Positions 29,332-38,936 of a stretch of 64,000 bases of DNA are shown here, in pieces. The notes under the pieces are model-generated. The model was not told the DNA's origin and did no database searches. It saw nothing but the letters and a program-made list of their open reading frames with translations. Location: positions 749-64,748 of the forward strand of contig CALVNN010000001.1 of NCBI GenBank assembly GCA_944349765.1, written 5' to 3'. Position numbers and translations under genes: made by a program. Every line of letters begins with the position of its first letter. The first letter of the stretch is position 1. This DNA is from an uncultured Clostridia bacterium (GTDB lineage Bacteria; Bacillota; Clostridia; Christensenellales; UBA1242).

Positions 29332-30053
29332 ATATCAAATTCGCCAAGTAAAAATTGAATGATTGCAGGCACTACAATACCTGCTGTTTCTGCTCGTAGT
29401 ATCCTATTGCCTAATGTTACCGATAAGCCTCCACTAGCTATGATTTTGTCGGCTTCTTCCTCACTAAAGCCACCCTCACTACCGACTATAACCGCCACAT
29501 TATTTGCATTATCAAAAGATACATCACTTAAGGCGTTGTTTCTCTCTAATTCGCTAGCAAATATGACTTTGTCAAAACTAGGTATTTGTGATAAAAGCTC
29601 ATCAAAGCTGATAGGGCTACCAACTTCAATTATTTTGGTGCGTCTACATTGCTTGCAGGCTTCACGAGCTATAGTCAGATACCTATCTTTTTTGTCTAGC
29701 GGTTTAGCTATAGAATATTGACTCTCAAAAGGCACAATGCGTTTTACGCCCAATTCAGTGAGTTTTGTTATCAAAAATTCAAACTTATCCCCTTTAGGCA
29801 TAGCTACATATACGGTTAGACTAGTCTTTGTCTCTTGATTAGGGTATTCTATTGACTCAACTACGACGGTAGTACTATTTTTATCAATAGCTATGATTTT
29901 TGTATTTAGTGTGCTTTCATCATTTGGTAAGCACACTATTTCGTCGCCTACTTGCAGTCTTAATACTCTACTGATATGAGTATGTTCTTGACCTTCTATG
30001 CGGATAGTGTCTCCGACATTCGCTTTGTTTTCTACAAAAAAATATCTTTTCAT
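29328..30053 (-). CDS. rsmE: 16S rRNA (uracil1498-N3)-methyltransferase RsmE
   Basis: MKRYFFVE start at 30053. Motifs VAVIVGSEGGFSEEE and LGNRILRAETAG. The longer ORF extending to 30251 runs into repeat elements. Confidence 0.85.
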   Translation of the reverse strand: MKRYFFVENKANVGDTIRIEGQEHTHISRVLRLQVGDEIVCLPNDESTLNTKIIAIDKNSTTVVVESIEYPNQETKTSLTVYVAMPKGDKFEFLITKLTELGVKRIVPFESQYSIAKPLDKKDRYLTIAREACKQCRRTKIIEVGSPISFDELLSQIPSFDKVIFASELERNNALSDVSFDNANNVAVIVGSEGGFSEEEADKIIASGGLSVTLGNRILRAETAGIVVPAIIQFLLGEFDI

Positions 30054-30059
30054 ATTTTT

Positions 30060-30088
30060 ATTATAAGATTTTATACACTCTTTTGCAA
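30060..30088 (-). promoter_or_regulatory. Sigma-A-type promoter of rsmE
   Basis: On the minus strand: TTGCAA, 17 nt, TATAAT. Confidence 0.55.
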
Positions 30089-30159
30089 GTAAAAATAATG
30101 ACACCAGATGTACACAGAGTCGAAAACGCCAAAAAACGGTTCTGCTTGTGTGTTTCTTT

Positions 30160-30574
30160 GGTTTCCCTTCCGGGAGATTCTTCGGCTCCGCCTCTGAATG
30201 ACAAACACTGGTACTCTTCCTGAGACCCTCGGCTATCCTAAAGGATGACAAAATGAGTCAGTTTTATACAATAAGTCACACGCTATCTCAACTGTCGTAC
30301 TCCTCTTTAAGGGAGACCCTTCGACGTCGCACTTTGTGCTAGCTCAGGGTGACACACAGCTTCTAAAGGGGACCCTTCGACAGAACTTTAGGGTGATATT
30401 ATAAGTAAATCGTTCTACTATTAATGTCATGTTGAGCGAAGTCGAAAACACCTAAGTAGGGTACCATTTTTATATATTTGAAGTTATGTTAATATTATCT
30501 AAAAAAGCAATAAAAGATTTTTGTTGCAATGATGTCATGTTGAGCTTAAGTGAGAACTTCTTAAGAAGAGTACC
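30160..30574. repeat. Cluster of six degenerate ~40-nt GTCAT...(GAAG)...GGTACC-type repeat units, four in one orientation and two in the other
   Basis: Minus-oriented units at 30160-30202, 30210-30249, 30311-30353 and 30368-30397. Plus-oriented units at 30426-30465 and 30534-30574. Example: gtcatgttgagcgaagtcgaaaacacctaagtagggtacc. Confidence 0.6.
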
Positions 30575-30747
30575 GCTTTATCAAAGTAATATTACAATCA
30601 AGCATAAGCAAAGTTAAAATCTAAATGGTAGAGTACAATTTGCTACTATTTTCGTATAAATTCATCATCCAAAAGGCGTATTTTGTATTCGTTTTTTGCC
30701 GTTAGGTAAAAATTTCACAAAATTTTTTATCATTTTGCGTTTTTTAT

Positions 30748-30777
30748 TTGACAACTTGTGACAAAATAAGTTATACT
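30748..30777 (+). promoter_or_regulatory. Sigma-A-type promoter of paralogue 2
   Basis: TTGACA, 18 nt, TATACT. Confidence 0.5.
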
Positions 30778-30832
30778 TATTTGTACAAAAACAAGTAATA
30801 GTTATTACTTGATTACATTTTTTGGAGGGTGT

Positions 30833-32506
30833 ATGACTACCAATACTAGACAGAAGAGAAGTATACAAGCTTTTATTATTGCCATTGCATGTATACTTAT
30901 TGTAGGTATTACCTTTGCGTGGATGGGCTTTGAGGCTCAAAAAGAAGCAGAGCTTAATATGGCAAAAGTCGACCTAAATGTTACTTTTGATATGAGTGAG
31001 ACCTTGACCAATGTGGCGAGAGGTGAGACGGTGGTGAATTCTATCAAGTTTAGCCCAACTACTAGTACGCAAGATTGCTACGTAAGGGCTAGCTTAAATT
31101 ATAGTACCCCTAATACACCTACTGACGACGAGAAGAGATTTTTATTATCTCTAAATTATGAACTCATCCCAACAGCTACCGATGATGTCAATTACAAGTG
31201 GGTACGTTTAAATGATGGTTATTATTATCTTACCAATCTAAATGGCGAACCGCTGATTTATACGGCTTCTACTGCTGAGTATTCATTTTGTAATACTGTG
31301 ACTTATACAGGAGCAGTTAGCTTATATGGCTATATAGATACACCTTCCATCTTAAAGCTCAAAGCCGAAGTGCAAGCAGTGCAATCCAAGAATATCACAC
31401 CTACTACCATAGAGGAATTATCAACTATTTTTGATGAGACCTTTGGTACACAATCAAAGCTAGGTTACATAGTCACTTTTGATACCGATGGTGCTAATGC
31501 TATCACCGCTCAAACTTTCTTGTCCGAAGGTCAGCTAGTTACCGAGCCTAATGAACCTATCAAGCTAGGCTACAATTTCGCAGGCTGGTACACCGATAGT
31601 GAATTTAATAACGAATATGTATTCACTACACCAGTATCAAGTAGCTTCACCCTCTACGCAAAGTTTGAAAAACCGCTTTATACCTTTGGTGAATTAGGGG
31701 TTGATCACACAAGTGGTAAGAAATATTATGTAGAGATGGGTGAGTATCCTCAAAGCTTAGCCAGTGTTACAGCAAGTGACGTGACTGCTACTAGTGAGCA
31801 AATCACGGTATATGATACCACCTGTACTGTATACCAAAATAATACAACAGACGATAGGTATGTACTCTACAATAGCAATTATTACTTGATAGAGCCAGTA
31901 AGATGGATAATACTAGGCTATGAAGAGGGCGATGAATATATAAATTATGACTTTGATACCTTTACCATAGACGGACAGAATGCCTATATAGATACGGCTA
32001 AGTCCACGCCATATACAGGCACAAATGGTCAACCAGGACTTTTGGTCTTAAGTGAAAAAGTTCTAAATAGTTCGGTGTTTAATTCTACATATGCTAATCA
32101 ATATAGTAATAGTACCTTAAAGGTAACTATAGATAGAATGTATGGTGAGTTATTTACCACTACTGAGCAAACCCTAATAAAGTCCACCACATTGAATACC
32201 ACCCATAGTACTAATGACATGTCTACTGCGGAGGTGGAGGTTGTTACGACTAAATTATTTTCGTTATCGGGGTTTTATTCAGATAGCTATTATGTATACG
32301 ACTATTTGAGAACAAATAACGTGAGGATAGCTTATGCCACTGAATTGGTGGACTCGGCGGGATCTGCATATATCTGGTGGTTGCGTTCGGGTGATGGTGG
32401 GTTCTTGTTTAATGCAGACTACGTTAATACTGACGGCTCCACAAATAGTAACGATGTTAAGGGTACACACGGTGTTCGCGTTGCTTTCGTTATGAGCTTG
32501 GAGTAA
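30833..32506 (+). CDS. Exported protein, paralogue 2: TasA/camelysin-like N-terminus plus Flg_new repeat plus a C-terminal domain shared with the 952-aa protein
   Basis: ATG at 30833 after GGAGGG. FAWMGF signal end. Blocks CYVRASLNY, KRFLLSLNYE, YKWVRLNDGYYYLT, LKLKAEVQAVQ, GYIVTFDT. Flg_new-like KLGYNFAGWYTD...FTLYAKF. C-terminal GEYPQS...VRWIILG...WWLRS...HGVRVAFVMSL. Confidence 0.7.
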   Translation: MTTNTRQKRSIQAFIIAIACILIVGITFAWMGFEAQKEAELNMAKVDLNVTFDMSETLTNVARGETVVNSIKFSPTTSTQDCYVRASLNYSTPNTPTDDEKRFLLSLNYELIPTATDDVNYKWVRLNDGYYYLTNLNGEPLIYTASTAEYSFCNTVTYTGAVSLYGYIDTPSILKLKAEVQAVQSKNITPTTIEELSTIFDETFGTQSKLGYIVTFDTDGANAITAQTFLSEGQLVTEPNEPIKLGYNFAGWYTDSEFNNEYVFTTPVSSSFTLYAKFEKPLYTFGELGVDHTSGKKYYVEMGEYPQSLASVTASDVTATSEQITVYDTTCTVYQNNTTDDRYVLYNSNYYLIEPVRWIILGYEEGDEYINYDFDTFTIDGQNAYIDTAKSTPYTGTNGQPGLLVLSEKVLNSSVFNSTYANQYSNSTLKVTIDRMYGELFTTTEQTLIKSTTLNTTHSTNDMSTAEVEVVTTKLFSLSGFYSDSYYVYDYLRTNNVRIAYATELVDSAGSAYIWWLRSGDGGFLFNADYVNTDGSTNSNDVKGTHGVRVAFVMSLE

Positions 32507-32580
32507 TAGCGATACGTAATTTCACCTGAAGTGTGTTACATCATAGCTTTGGTGAAAAATACCACGGTAAGCATTATTTA

Positions 32581-32619
32581 AAAAAAATCTAAGACTATAT
32601 TAAGGTCTTAGATTTTTTC
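32581..32619. terminator. Bidirectional terminator
   Basis: ATCTAAGAC/GTCTTAGAT stem flanked by A7 and T6. Confidence 0.7.
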
Positions 32620-32621
32620 TT

Positions 32622-32942
32622 TTATCTAGATAGATTGTTATTGTTGTCTTTTTTTAGCTTTGCGTTTTCTTGTTTTAGTTCTTCTATGATAAGATTTTTG
32701 GTGGCTAGTTCTTTTTTCATCATATCTAGTCTAGCTCTTAAGTCCACATTATTTCTTAGTGCTTCTAGTAGGTCTTTTAGAGTCTTATCTCTTGATAGAT
32801 TATTTACTTTTTGATTTAATTTGTCGTAATCATTTTTTAGTTCGGTGTTTTTCTTTGCGGAAGCTTTGAGTAATTTGTCTTTTCGTTCTAACTCGTTACA
32901 AAGCTCCTCAATTGTCATATTTTTAATTTCGTCAAATTTCAT
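32622..32942 (-). CDS. Hypothetical coiled-coil protein
   Basis: Heptad-rich Lys/Glu/Leu composition. No family recognised. Confidence 0.5.
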   Translation of the reverse strand: MKFDEIKNMTIEELCNELERKDKLLKASAKKNTELKNDYDKLNQKVNNLSRDKTLKDLLEALRNNVDLRARLDMMKKELATKNLIIEELKQENAKLKKDNNNNLSR

Positions 32943-33054
32943 TTTCTTCCCCTTTACCCTTTTTTATTAGTATATATATATTCACTAAAAATGTCAAGAG
33001 TAAAAAATCATTTCAAAATAAGTACTTTAAATGATTTTATAGTTAATGGTATTG

Positions 33055-33073
33055 TTTCACAAAAATTTCACAC
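33055..33073 (+). promoter_or_regulatory. Tandem heptamer operator TTTCACA-N4-TTTCACA upstream of the response-regulator gene
   Basis: TTTCACAAAAATTTCACAC, near-identical to 35206-35224. 11-bp periodicity is typical of OmpR-family binding sites. Confidence 0.55.
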
Positions 33074-33130
33074 TTTTTAAATATATTGTTGTATAATTAT
33101 ATAAAAAATATAAAAAGGTTTTTAAGTAAA

Positions 33131-33778
33131 ATGAGATTACTAATAGTAGATGATGAAGTAAATATAGTCAATGTACTAAAGGAGTATGCTATACATAACG
33201 ATTATGAAGTGGAAGTGGCGTATGATGGTGTACAAGCTATAGACAAAGTAGAAGAAGGGAACTTTGACTTAATTCTTATGGATATAATGATGCCTAATAT
33301 GAATGGGTATGAAGCGGTGAGAGCTATCAAGGCGATCAAAAACATACCAGTCATTATGATAAGTGCAAAAGCTGAAGAGTATGACAAACTTGTAGGATTT
33401 GAGCTAGGGATAGATGATTACATAGTGAAGCCTTTTTCGCCTAAAGAAGTTATGGCGCGAATAAAAGCTGTGATCAAGAGGAATAGTGCACACGGTGAAA
33501 AGATTGGGGACTACACGATAGATATTTTGAGCCGAACGGTAAAGAAAGGCGATAAAGAAATCAATCTTAATAACAAAGAGTTTGAATTGTTTGTGACGCT
33601 AGTTAAGAACAAAGGTATTGTAATGACGAGAGAAAAGCTACTCAACGAAGTGTGGGGCTATGATTATAGAGGCGAAGATAGGACTGTCGATGCCCATATT
33701 AAGATGTTAAGAAATCATTTAGGTGATAAAGAGATTATTAAGACTATACGTGGGATGGGATACAAAATTGAAAAATAG
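33131..33778 (+). CDS. OmpR-family response regulator
   Basis: MRLLIVDDE receiver start, LILMDIMMP phospho-acceptor region, C-terminal winged helix (RTVDAHIKMLR...IKTIRGMGYK). Confidence 0.9.
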   Translation: MRLLIVDDEVNIVNVLKEYAIHNDYEVEVAYDGVQAIDKVEEGNFDLILMDIMMPNMNGYEAVRAIKAIKNIPVIMISAKAEEYDKLVGFELGIDDYIVKPFSPKEVMARIKAVIKRNSAHGEKIGDYTIDILSRTVKKGDKEINLNNKEFELFVTLVKNKGIVMTREKLLNEVWGYDYRGEDRTVDAHIKMLRNHLGDKEIIKTIRGMGYKIEK

Positions 33779-35180
33779 CACCAAAACTATAAAAAATCAG
33801 GTATTATTAAGGTTTTTGTTGATTCTTGCACTCATACTATCACTGCTTTGGCTTCTTGAGGTCGTGGCTTTTGAGACAATATATCAAAGTGTAAAAAGCA
33901 ACGAGATAAAAAGCGTCGGTCGTGAAGCTGTAGAAAGATACGCTGAGCATAGCGAAGACGCCCTTATGGAATTGTCACTCAAGACCAATTGTAATATTGT
34001 CATAATAGAAGTAGAAGATCAAGGTATACAGATAGTGTTTAATAGCTCCAGAGTAGCCGATACTGGGCAAATTGAAAAAGAATTTATTGAGCTTATCAAC
34101 AAATTAAATGGCGCTAGTTCGGTGACGTATATCAGTGAATTAGGCAATCTAAAAATCCTTACTTACGGACAAGAGGTGTATGACACAAATGGATATTATT
34201 ATGTGTATGTCAATTCTTTGATTACGCCTGTTGAGTCGAGTATACAAGTAATGACTTTTTTATTGCTCATAACAAGTGTGATAAGTATTGTTTTGACCGT
34301 GATGGTGTCGATACTATTTAGTATGCGGCTAACAAAACCTATTGTAACCTTAGCTAATCAAGCCAAGAAATTATCTCAAGGCGATACAGAGATAAAATTT
34401 GATGCAAGGGAATTTGTGGAGACTAGCGAGCTAAGTGATGCACTCAATTATAGTATAGGTGAGATCAAAAAGAGCGAGTTACTCCAAAGAGAAGTGGTGG
34501 CGAATGTCAGTCACGAGATAAGGACGCCACTTACTATGATTAAGTCTTATGCTGAGCTAATCCAAGATTACAGCGGTGATGATAAGCAAAAAAGGGATGA
34601 ACATTTAAATATTATTGTAAATGAAGTAGAAAGGCTTGAGTACATTATAAATGATATATTAGATTACTCCAAGCTAAATTCAAATACCATACAGTTTAAC
34701 AACGAGGAGTTTGATTTGGCGGAATCTATCCAAAGGTTTGTGAAGTACTATGGTGATAAGGAGCCAGAATTTGAGTTTAACTTAAGCTCTATAAAAGATG
34801 CTAAGATTGTGGCAGATAGGCGTAGGATAGAGCAAGTTATTACAAATCTACTCAATAATGCTATAAACTATTCTACAGATAAAAAGCAGGTAGATATTAC
34901 TTTAAAAGATGATGCGTTAGGCTATAGATTAGAAATAAAAGATTACGGAATAGGTGTTCCAGAAGAAGACCAAAAAACTATTTTTGACAGACACTTTAGA
35001 GCTGTCAATGCTAAACGTATGGTAGTAGGTAGCGGTATTGGCCTTAGCATAGTCAAATCTATTTTGGAGCATTATGGCTTTGAGTATGGCGTAGAAAGTA
35101 AAGTCGGTGAGGGTAGTACATTTTATGTCGTGTTTACTACTATAGAAATAGACTCAAATAATAATAAAAAATATAAATAA
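33723..35180 (+). CDS. Sensor histidine kinase (HisKA/HATPase)
   Basis: H-box SHEIRTPLT, N-box LLNNAINYS, G-boxes DYGIGV and GSGIGLS. Two TM helices. The true start is uncertain: the listed ATG overlaps the regulator gene by 56 nt, and a TTG near 33768 is an alternative. Confidence 0.85.
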   Translation: MIKRLLRLYVGWDTKLKNSTKTIKNQVLLRFLLILALILSLLWLLEVVAFETIYQSVKSNEIKSVGREAVERYAEHSEDALMELSLKTNCNIVIIEVEDQGIQIVFNSSRVADTGQIEKEFIELINKLNGASSVTYISELGNLKILTYGQEVYDTNGYYYVYVNSLITPVESSIQVMTFLLLITSVISIVLTVMVSILFSMRLTKPIVTLANQAKKLSQGDTEIKFDAREFVETSELSDALNYSIGEIKKSELLQREVVANVSHEIRTPLTMIKSYAELIQDYSGDDKQKRDEHLNIIVNEVERLEYIINDILDYSKLNSNTIQFNNEEFDLAESIQRFVKYYGDKEPEFEFNLSSIKDAKIVADRRRIEQVITNLLNNAINYSTDKKQVDITLKDDALGYRLEIKDYGIGVPEEDQKTIFDRHFRAVNAKRMVVGSGIGLSIVKSILEHYGFEYGVESKVGEGSTFYVVFTTIEIDSNNNKKYK

Positions 35181-35205
35181 AAAAATTTTTAAAAATTATT
35201 TTTAC

Positions 35206-35224
35206 TTTCACAAAAATTTCACAT
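35206..35224 (+). promoter_or_regulatory. Tandem heptamer operator TTTCACA-N4-TTTCACA upstream of the HtrA-like protease gene
   Basis: TTTCACAAAAATTTCACAT. The flanking similarity extends ~38 nt, through ATTGTTG. Confidence 0.55.
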
Positions 35225-35264
35225 TACTTTTATAAATTGTTGGTGTGAATAAAGGAGAAATGCG

Positions 35265-36638
35265 ATGAAAGAGACAATGAAAAAAAGTAAATATTATTTA
35301 TTATTGTTGTTGATTGTACCTTGTATGCTATTATTTACAGCTTGTTCTAATAGCAAAGTCAGTGTAGTGTCTATTACTAAGATTGATGAGACCGAGACCA
35401 CAGAGACTTACTCAATTCTCTATAGTGACGGTAGCACCAATAATTTTGAAATGGACAAAGATGAAAAGTCGGATAACGGTATGGATATATACGAGTTGGC
35501 TATCAAATATGGATACGAGGGTACTTTCTGGGATTTTATGGAAGACTATCTAAGTTTTGATAGCGGATCCGATGTAACTACTGCGGTTAGTAAGGCGTTG
35601 CCTTCTAGCGTAAGTGTAGTAAGTGATTTTGTAGCGACGGTGATAGGATACAGACCGACTATCTATGGGCTTGAGGCGTATACGTATGAGCAAGAATATC
35701 AAAGTGCAGGTAGTGGTGTTATCTATTCGCTAGATAAGGATAATGGTAATGCTTATATCATAACCAACTATCATGTAGTTTATGATGTAAATAGCAACGA
35801 TGACGATAAGATTAGTGACAATATAACTATATACTTATATGGTATGGAAAATGAAGAAAGTGCAATAAACGTAGATTATGTAGGTGGGTCTATGATGTAC
35901 GATATTGCTGTGCTTAAAGTAGAAAATAGTGATATATTGAAAAATAGCATTGCAACAAGTGTCACTGTAGCTGATTCGGATGATGTAATAGTTGGGCAAA
36001 CTGCTATAGCTGTCGGTAATCCTGAAGCTTTGGGTATTAGTGCTACAAGTGGTGTGGTAAGTGTGGATAGTGAGTATATCACTATGACAGCGAGTGATGA
36101 TGAAACGCCTGTAACTTTTAGAGTGATGAGAATAGATACAGCTATAAATGGCGGTAATAGTGGTGGCGGTCTATTTAACGACGACGGTGAACTAATCGGG
36201 ATAGTAAACGCTAAAGTTGTTAAATCTGATATAGATAATATAAGTTATGCAATACCATCAGCTATAGCTACAGCAGTAGCTGACAATATCATAGATAATG
36301 GCTCAGTAAAACTATTTGATTTGGGAGCATCTGTATCTGGAACTAATTCAAAAGCGATTTATGACGGGGAGCTTTTGGCGGTGAGGATATCTGAAGATGT
36401 ATCTGTGACTAGTGTAGAAGCTGGTTCTATTGCTAGCAAAATGGGACTTAGTAGTGGAGATATTATCAAGTCAATAAGAATTGATGAAGCTGTTAATGTG
36501 GATAGAGCATATGAATTTGTGGATGAACTACTTGATATTAGAAGTGGGGACACTATAGCTATTACTATCTTAAGAGATGGCGAGGAGGTGATTAAAGGAT
36601 ACTCAGTGACTGATGATGATTTCATACAAGTAGCATAA
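35265..36638 (+). CDS. Trypsin-like serine protease lipoprotein with C-terminal PDZ-like region (HtrA/DegP family)
   Basis: Lipobox LFTAC. Active-site context TNYHVV and TAINGGNSGGGLFN. Confidence 0.8.
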   Translation: MKETMKKSKYYLLLLLIVPCMLLFTACSNSKVSVVSITKIDETETTETYSILYSDGSTNNFEMDKDEKSDNGMDIYELAIKYGYEGTFWDFMEDYLSFDSGSDVTTAVSKALPSSVSVVSDFVATVIGYRPTIYGLEAYTYEQEYQSAGSGVIYSLDKDNGNAYIITNYHVVYDVNSNDDDKISDNITIYLYGMENEESAINVDYVGGSMMYDIAVLKVENSDILKNSIATSVTVADSDDVIVGQTAIAVGNPEALGISATSGVVSVDSEYITMTASDDETPVTFRVMRIDTAINGGNSGGGLFNDDGELIGIVNAKVVKSDIDNISYAIPSAIATAVADNIIDNGSVKLFDLGASVSGTNSKAIYDGELLAVRISEDVSVTSVEAGSIASKMGLSSGDIIKSIRIDEAVNVDRAYEFVDELLDIRSGDTIAITILRDGEEVIKGYSVTDDDFIQVA

Positions 36639-36665
36639 ATGGTGTAATTTTTTGGGAGGAGAATT

Positions 36666-37103
36666 ATGATAGAAAAATTAAATGTAAAAAATGAAAAATA
36701 CTTACTTGATATGGTGGAACAATTAAAAAATGAAACAGGGGAAATTATAGATATTCGTGTAAGTGAGACCAAGCTTAAGACCGCTTTTCTATTCTATAAT
36801 GGGAATGAATATTTAGGCTTTATAGTCTGTAGCACCAAAGATATTTTGACTAATGAGGGAAATAAGAAAGTTGCAATTAATGAGGGGATGTTTGTTATGG
36901 ATAAAAATTTTGCTGTAGCAATGTCGCTCGTGTCAAAATTTGAAAATTGGGCATACGACAAAAATTGTGATTTTGTAGTTAGTCGTGTGTTAGGCAAATT
37001 CTCAAATGACTATGCGTATCTCACTCATACTGGATATAAGACAAAAAATGGAGAGTTCTATATAAAAAGATTAGATAAGAAAAACTTACCTTTAAATAGG
37101 TAG
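36666..37103 (+). CDS. Hypothetical protein (possibly GNAT-like fold)
   Basis: RBS GGGAGGAG upstream. Weak acetyltransferase-like pattern only. Confidence 0.4.
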   Translation: MIEKLNVKNEKYLLDMVEQLKNETGEIIDIRVSETKLKTAFLFYNGNEYLGFIVCSTKDILTNEGNKKVAINEGMFVMDKNFAVAMSLVSKFENWAYDKNCDFVVSRVLGKFSNDYAYLTHTGYKTKNGEFYIKRLDKKNLPLNR

Positions 37104-37150
37104 TGAATATATGTCCAAATAAATGTAGCTTTACATTTTAAGGAATTTAA

Positions 37151-37176
37151 AGAAGCCTTTCGGGGCTTCTTTTAAT
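37151..37176 (+). terminator. Rho-independent terminator
   Basis: AGAAGCC/GGCTTCT stem followed by a T-rich tail. Confidence 0.6.
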
Positions 37177-37368
37177 ATTTTTCATTTTATTTTTTATATA
37201 TTGTAAAGTTTGTAGAGAATAAATTTTCATATACTAAGAGCCCAAAAAATTATGTTAAATTATATTTTATTTACACATAAAAAAATAAAATATTTTATCA
37301 AATATAGTGACATTTTACATAATATATGATAATATATGTATATTATATAAATATTATAGGAGGATAGA

Positions 37369-37845
37369 ATGACGATTGTTTGGAGCGTAGTGATTGCTAT
37401 TGGACTTTTAATTGAGATATTTACCTTTGAATTGGTAAGTATTTGGTTCTCAGCTGGCGCTATAGTTGCTTTGATATTGCAAATTTGTGGCGTGGAATTG
37501 GTATGGCAATTAGTTGCATTTTTCGCTATTAGTATTGTTTGTATTGCTTGTACTCGTCCGTTATTTAAGCGTATACTTGCAAAATCTGAAGGGCATACTA
37601 ATTTGGACGTTATTGTTGGCGAACAATACAAAGTTATCAAAGCCATCACTAAGGAAGAAAATGGTACAATAAAAATCAACGGTGTCATCTGGAACGCTGA
37701 AGAAATTAACGGTGAAGAATGTGCTGAAAATGCTTTGGTTGAAGTAGTTGAGTTCAAAGGAACTACCGTTAAAGTCAAAAAGATTGAAGACCCTAATGTA
37801 GAAATTGAAGACCCTATTGTAAAAGAAGAAATTAAGGAGGATTAA
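37369..37845 (+). CDS. NfeD family membrane protein
   Basis: Three TM helices plus a C-terminal OB-like domain. Immediately upstream of an SPFH gene, the classic NfeD-stomatin pair. Confidence 0.75.
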   Translation: MTIVWSVVIAIGLLIEIFTFELVSIWFSAGAIVALILQICGVELVWQLVAFFAISIVCIACTRPLFKRILAKSEGHTNLDVIVGEQYKVIKAITKEENGTIKINGVIWNAEEINGEECAENALVEVVEFKGTTVKVKKIEDPNVEIEDPIVKEEIKED

Positions 37846-37849
37846 TTAA

Positions 37850-38767
37850 ATGGGTATTGTTATTGCAGTAGTATGCATTATAGCTTTGGCTATTATTATT
37901 TGTTTATTTGCGGGTATTAAGATTGTTCAACAATCTAACGCGATTACCGTAGAAAGACTCGGTAAATATCATAGGACTTTGGATACTGGTTTCCATTGGA
38001 TAATACCATTTATTGATAGATGTGGTAAAGTTATTTCACTTAAAGAGCAAGTGGTTGATTTTCCACCTCAACCTGTTATCACAAAAGATAACGTTACTAT
38101 GCAAATAGATACAGTCGTTTATTATCAAGTTGTTGATCCTAAAATGTATATGTATGGTGTTGAGAGACCTATAAACGCTATTGAGAATTTGACAGCTACC
38201 ACACTCCGTAATATTGTCGGTGAGTTGGAGCTTGATGAGACTTTGACTAGTCGTGATGTCGTTAATGAGAAGATTCGTTTGATTCTTGATGAAGCTACAG
38301 CGCCTTGGGGTATCAAGATTAACCGTGTTGAATTAAAGAATATTTTACCTCCTCAAGATATACAAGAAGCTATGGAGAAGCAGATGCGTGCCGAAAGAGA
38401 GCGTCGTGAAGCCATCCTTAGAGCAGAGGGCGAAAAGAAGAGTAATATTTTGGTCGCAGAAGGTGAGAAAGCAGCTGCTATTCTTAGAGCAGAAGCTCAA
38501 AAAATTGCTCTTGAGACAGAAGCTGAAGGTCAGGCAAATGCAATCAAATTGATTATAGATGCTAAGCCAGATACTGCTTATATTACGCTTCAAGGTTATG
38601 AGGCTTTGAAGGCTTTAGCAGATGGTCAAAGTACTAAGATTATTGTGCCTAGTGATATACAAGATGTTGCTGGTTTATTCACTAGCATTGCAGAGACGCT
38701 CAAAACGGGCGACTTAGTTAGTCCAAAGAAGCAGTCATCTAGAGCTAAGAAAACAGATAACAAATAG
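37850..38767 (+). CDS. SPFH/Band-7 (stomatin-like) protein
   Basis: N-terminal TM helix, SPFH core, ERERREAILRAEGEKK coiled-coil repeat. Confidence 0.85.
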   Translation: MGIVIAVVCIIALAIIICLFAGIKIVQQSNAITVERLGKYHRTLDTGFHWIIPFIDRCGKVISLKEQVVDFPPQPVITKDNVTMQIDTVVYYQVVDPKMYMYGVERPINAIENLTATTLRNIVGELELDETLTSRDVVNEKIRLILDEATAPWGIKINRVELKNILPPQDIQEAMEKQMRAERERREAILRAEGEKKSNILVAEGEKAAAILRAEAQKIALETEAEGQANAIKLIIDAKPDTAYITLQGYEALKALADGQSTKIIVPSDIQDVAGLFTSIAETLKTGDLVSPKKQSSRAKKTDNK

Positions 38768-38778
38768 TTAGTAATAAA

Positions 38779-38817
38779 ATAGCTAATTTATGATTTTTTA
38801 GGTTAGCTATTTTTTTA
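38779..38817 (+). terminator. Rho-independent terminator
   Basis: ATAGCTAA/TTAGCTAT stem followed by T7. Confidence 0.55.
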
Positions 38818-38868
38818 TTATTTATATTTGTTTTTTATGGAATTTAATCTTAAATTTAGCTACTGTGA

Positions 38869-38898
38869 TTGACTTTAATGGCTGATTAGTGCTATAAT
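38869..38898 (+). promoter_or_regulatory. Sigma-A-type promoter of trpS
   Basis: TTGACT, 18 nt, TATAAT. The leader is only ~40 nt. Confidence 0.55.
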
Positions 38899-38936
38899 GT
38901 TTATTGACTTTTAGCCTCAAAAAAAAGGAGCAATAA

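Noticed and set aside
30054-30251. 66-codon N-terminal extension of the rsmE ORF
   Set aside because: The extension is translated from the GTCAT-type repeat units. A canonical MKRYFF start with its own TTGCAA, 17 nt, TATAAT promoter lies at 30053.
37260-37778. 172-aa minus-strand ORF, together with similar antisense ORFs listed inside htrA, dnaE, gerA, cvpA and other genes
   Set aside because: All are embedded antisense in well-supported genes, lack an RBS, and have low-complexity or hydrophobic mirror-frame compositions.
38768-38936. T-box leader upstream of trpS (and of aspS at 56246-56272)
   Set aside because: The trpS promoter leaves only a ~40-nt leader, and aspS starts 27 nt after recR. 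Neither has room for a specifier or antiterminator structure, and no T-box sequence is seen.
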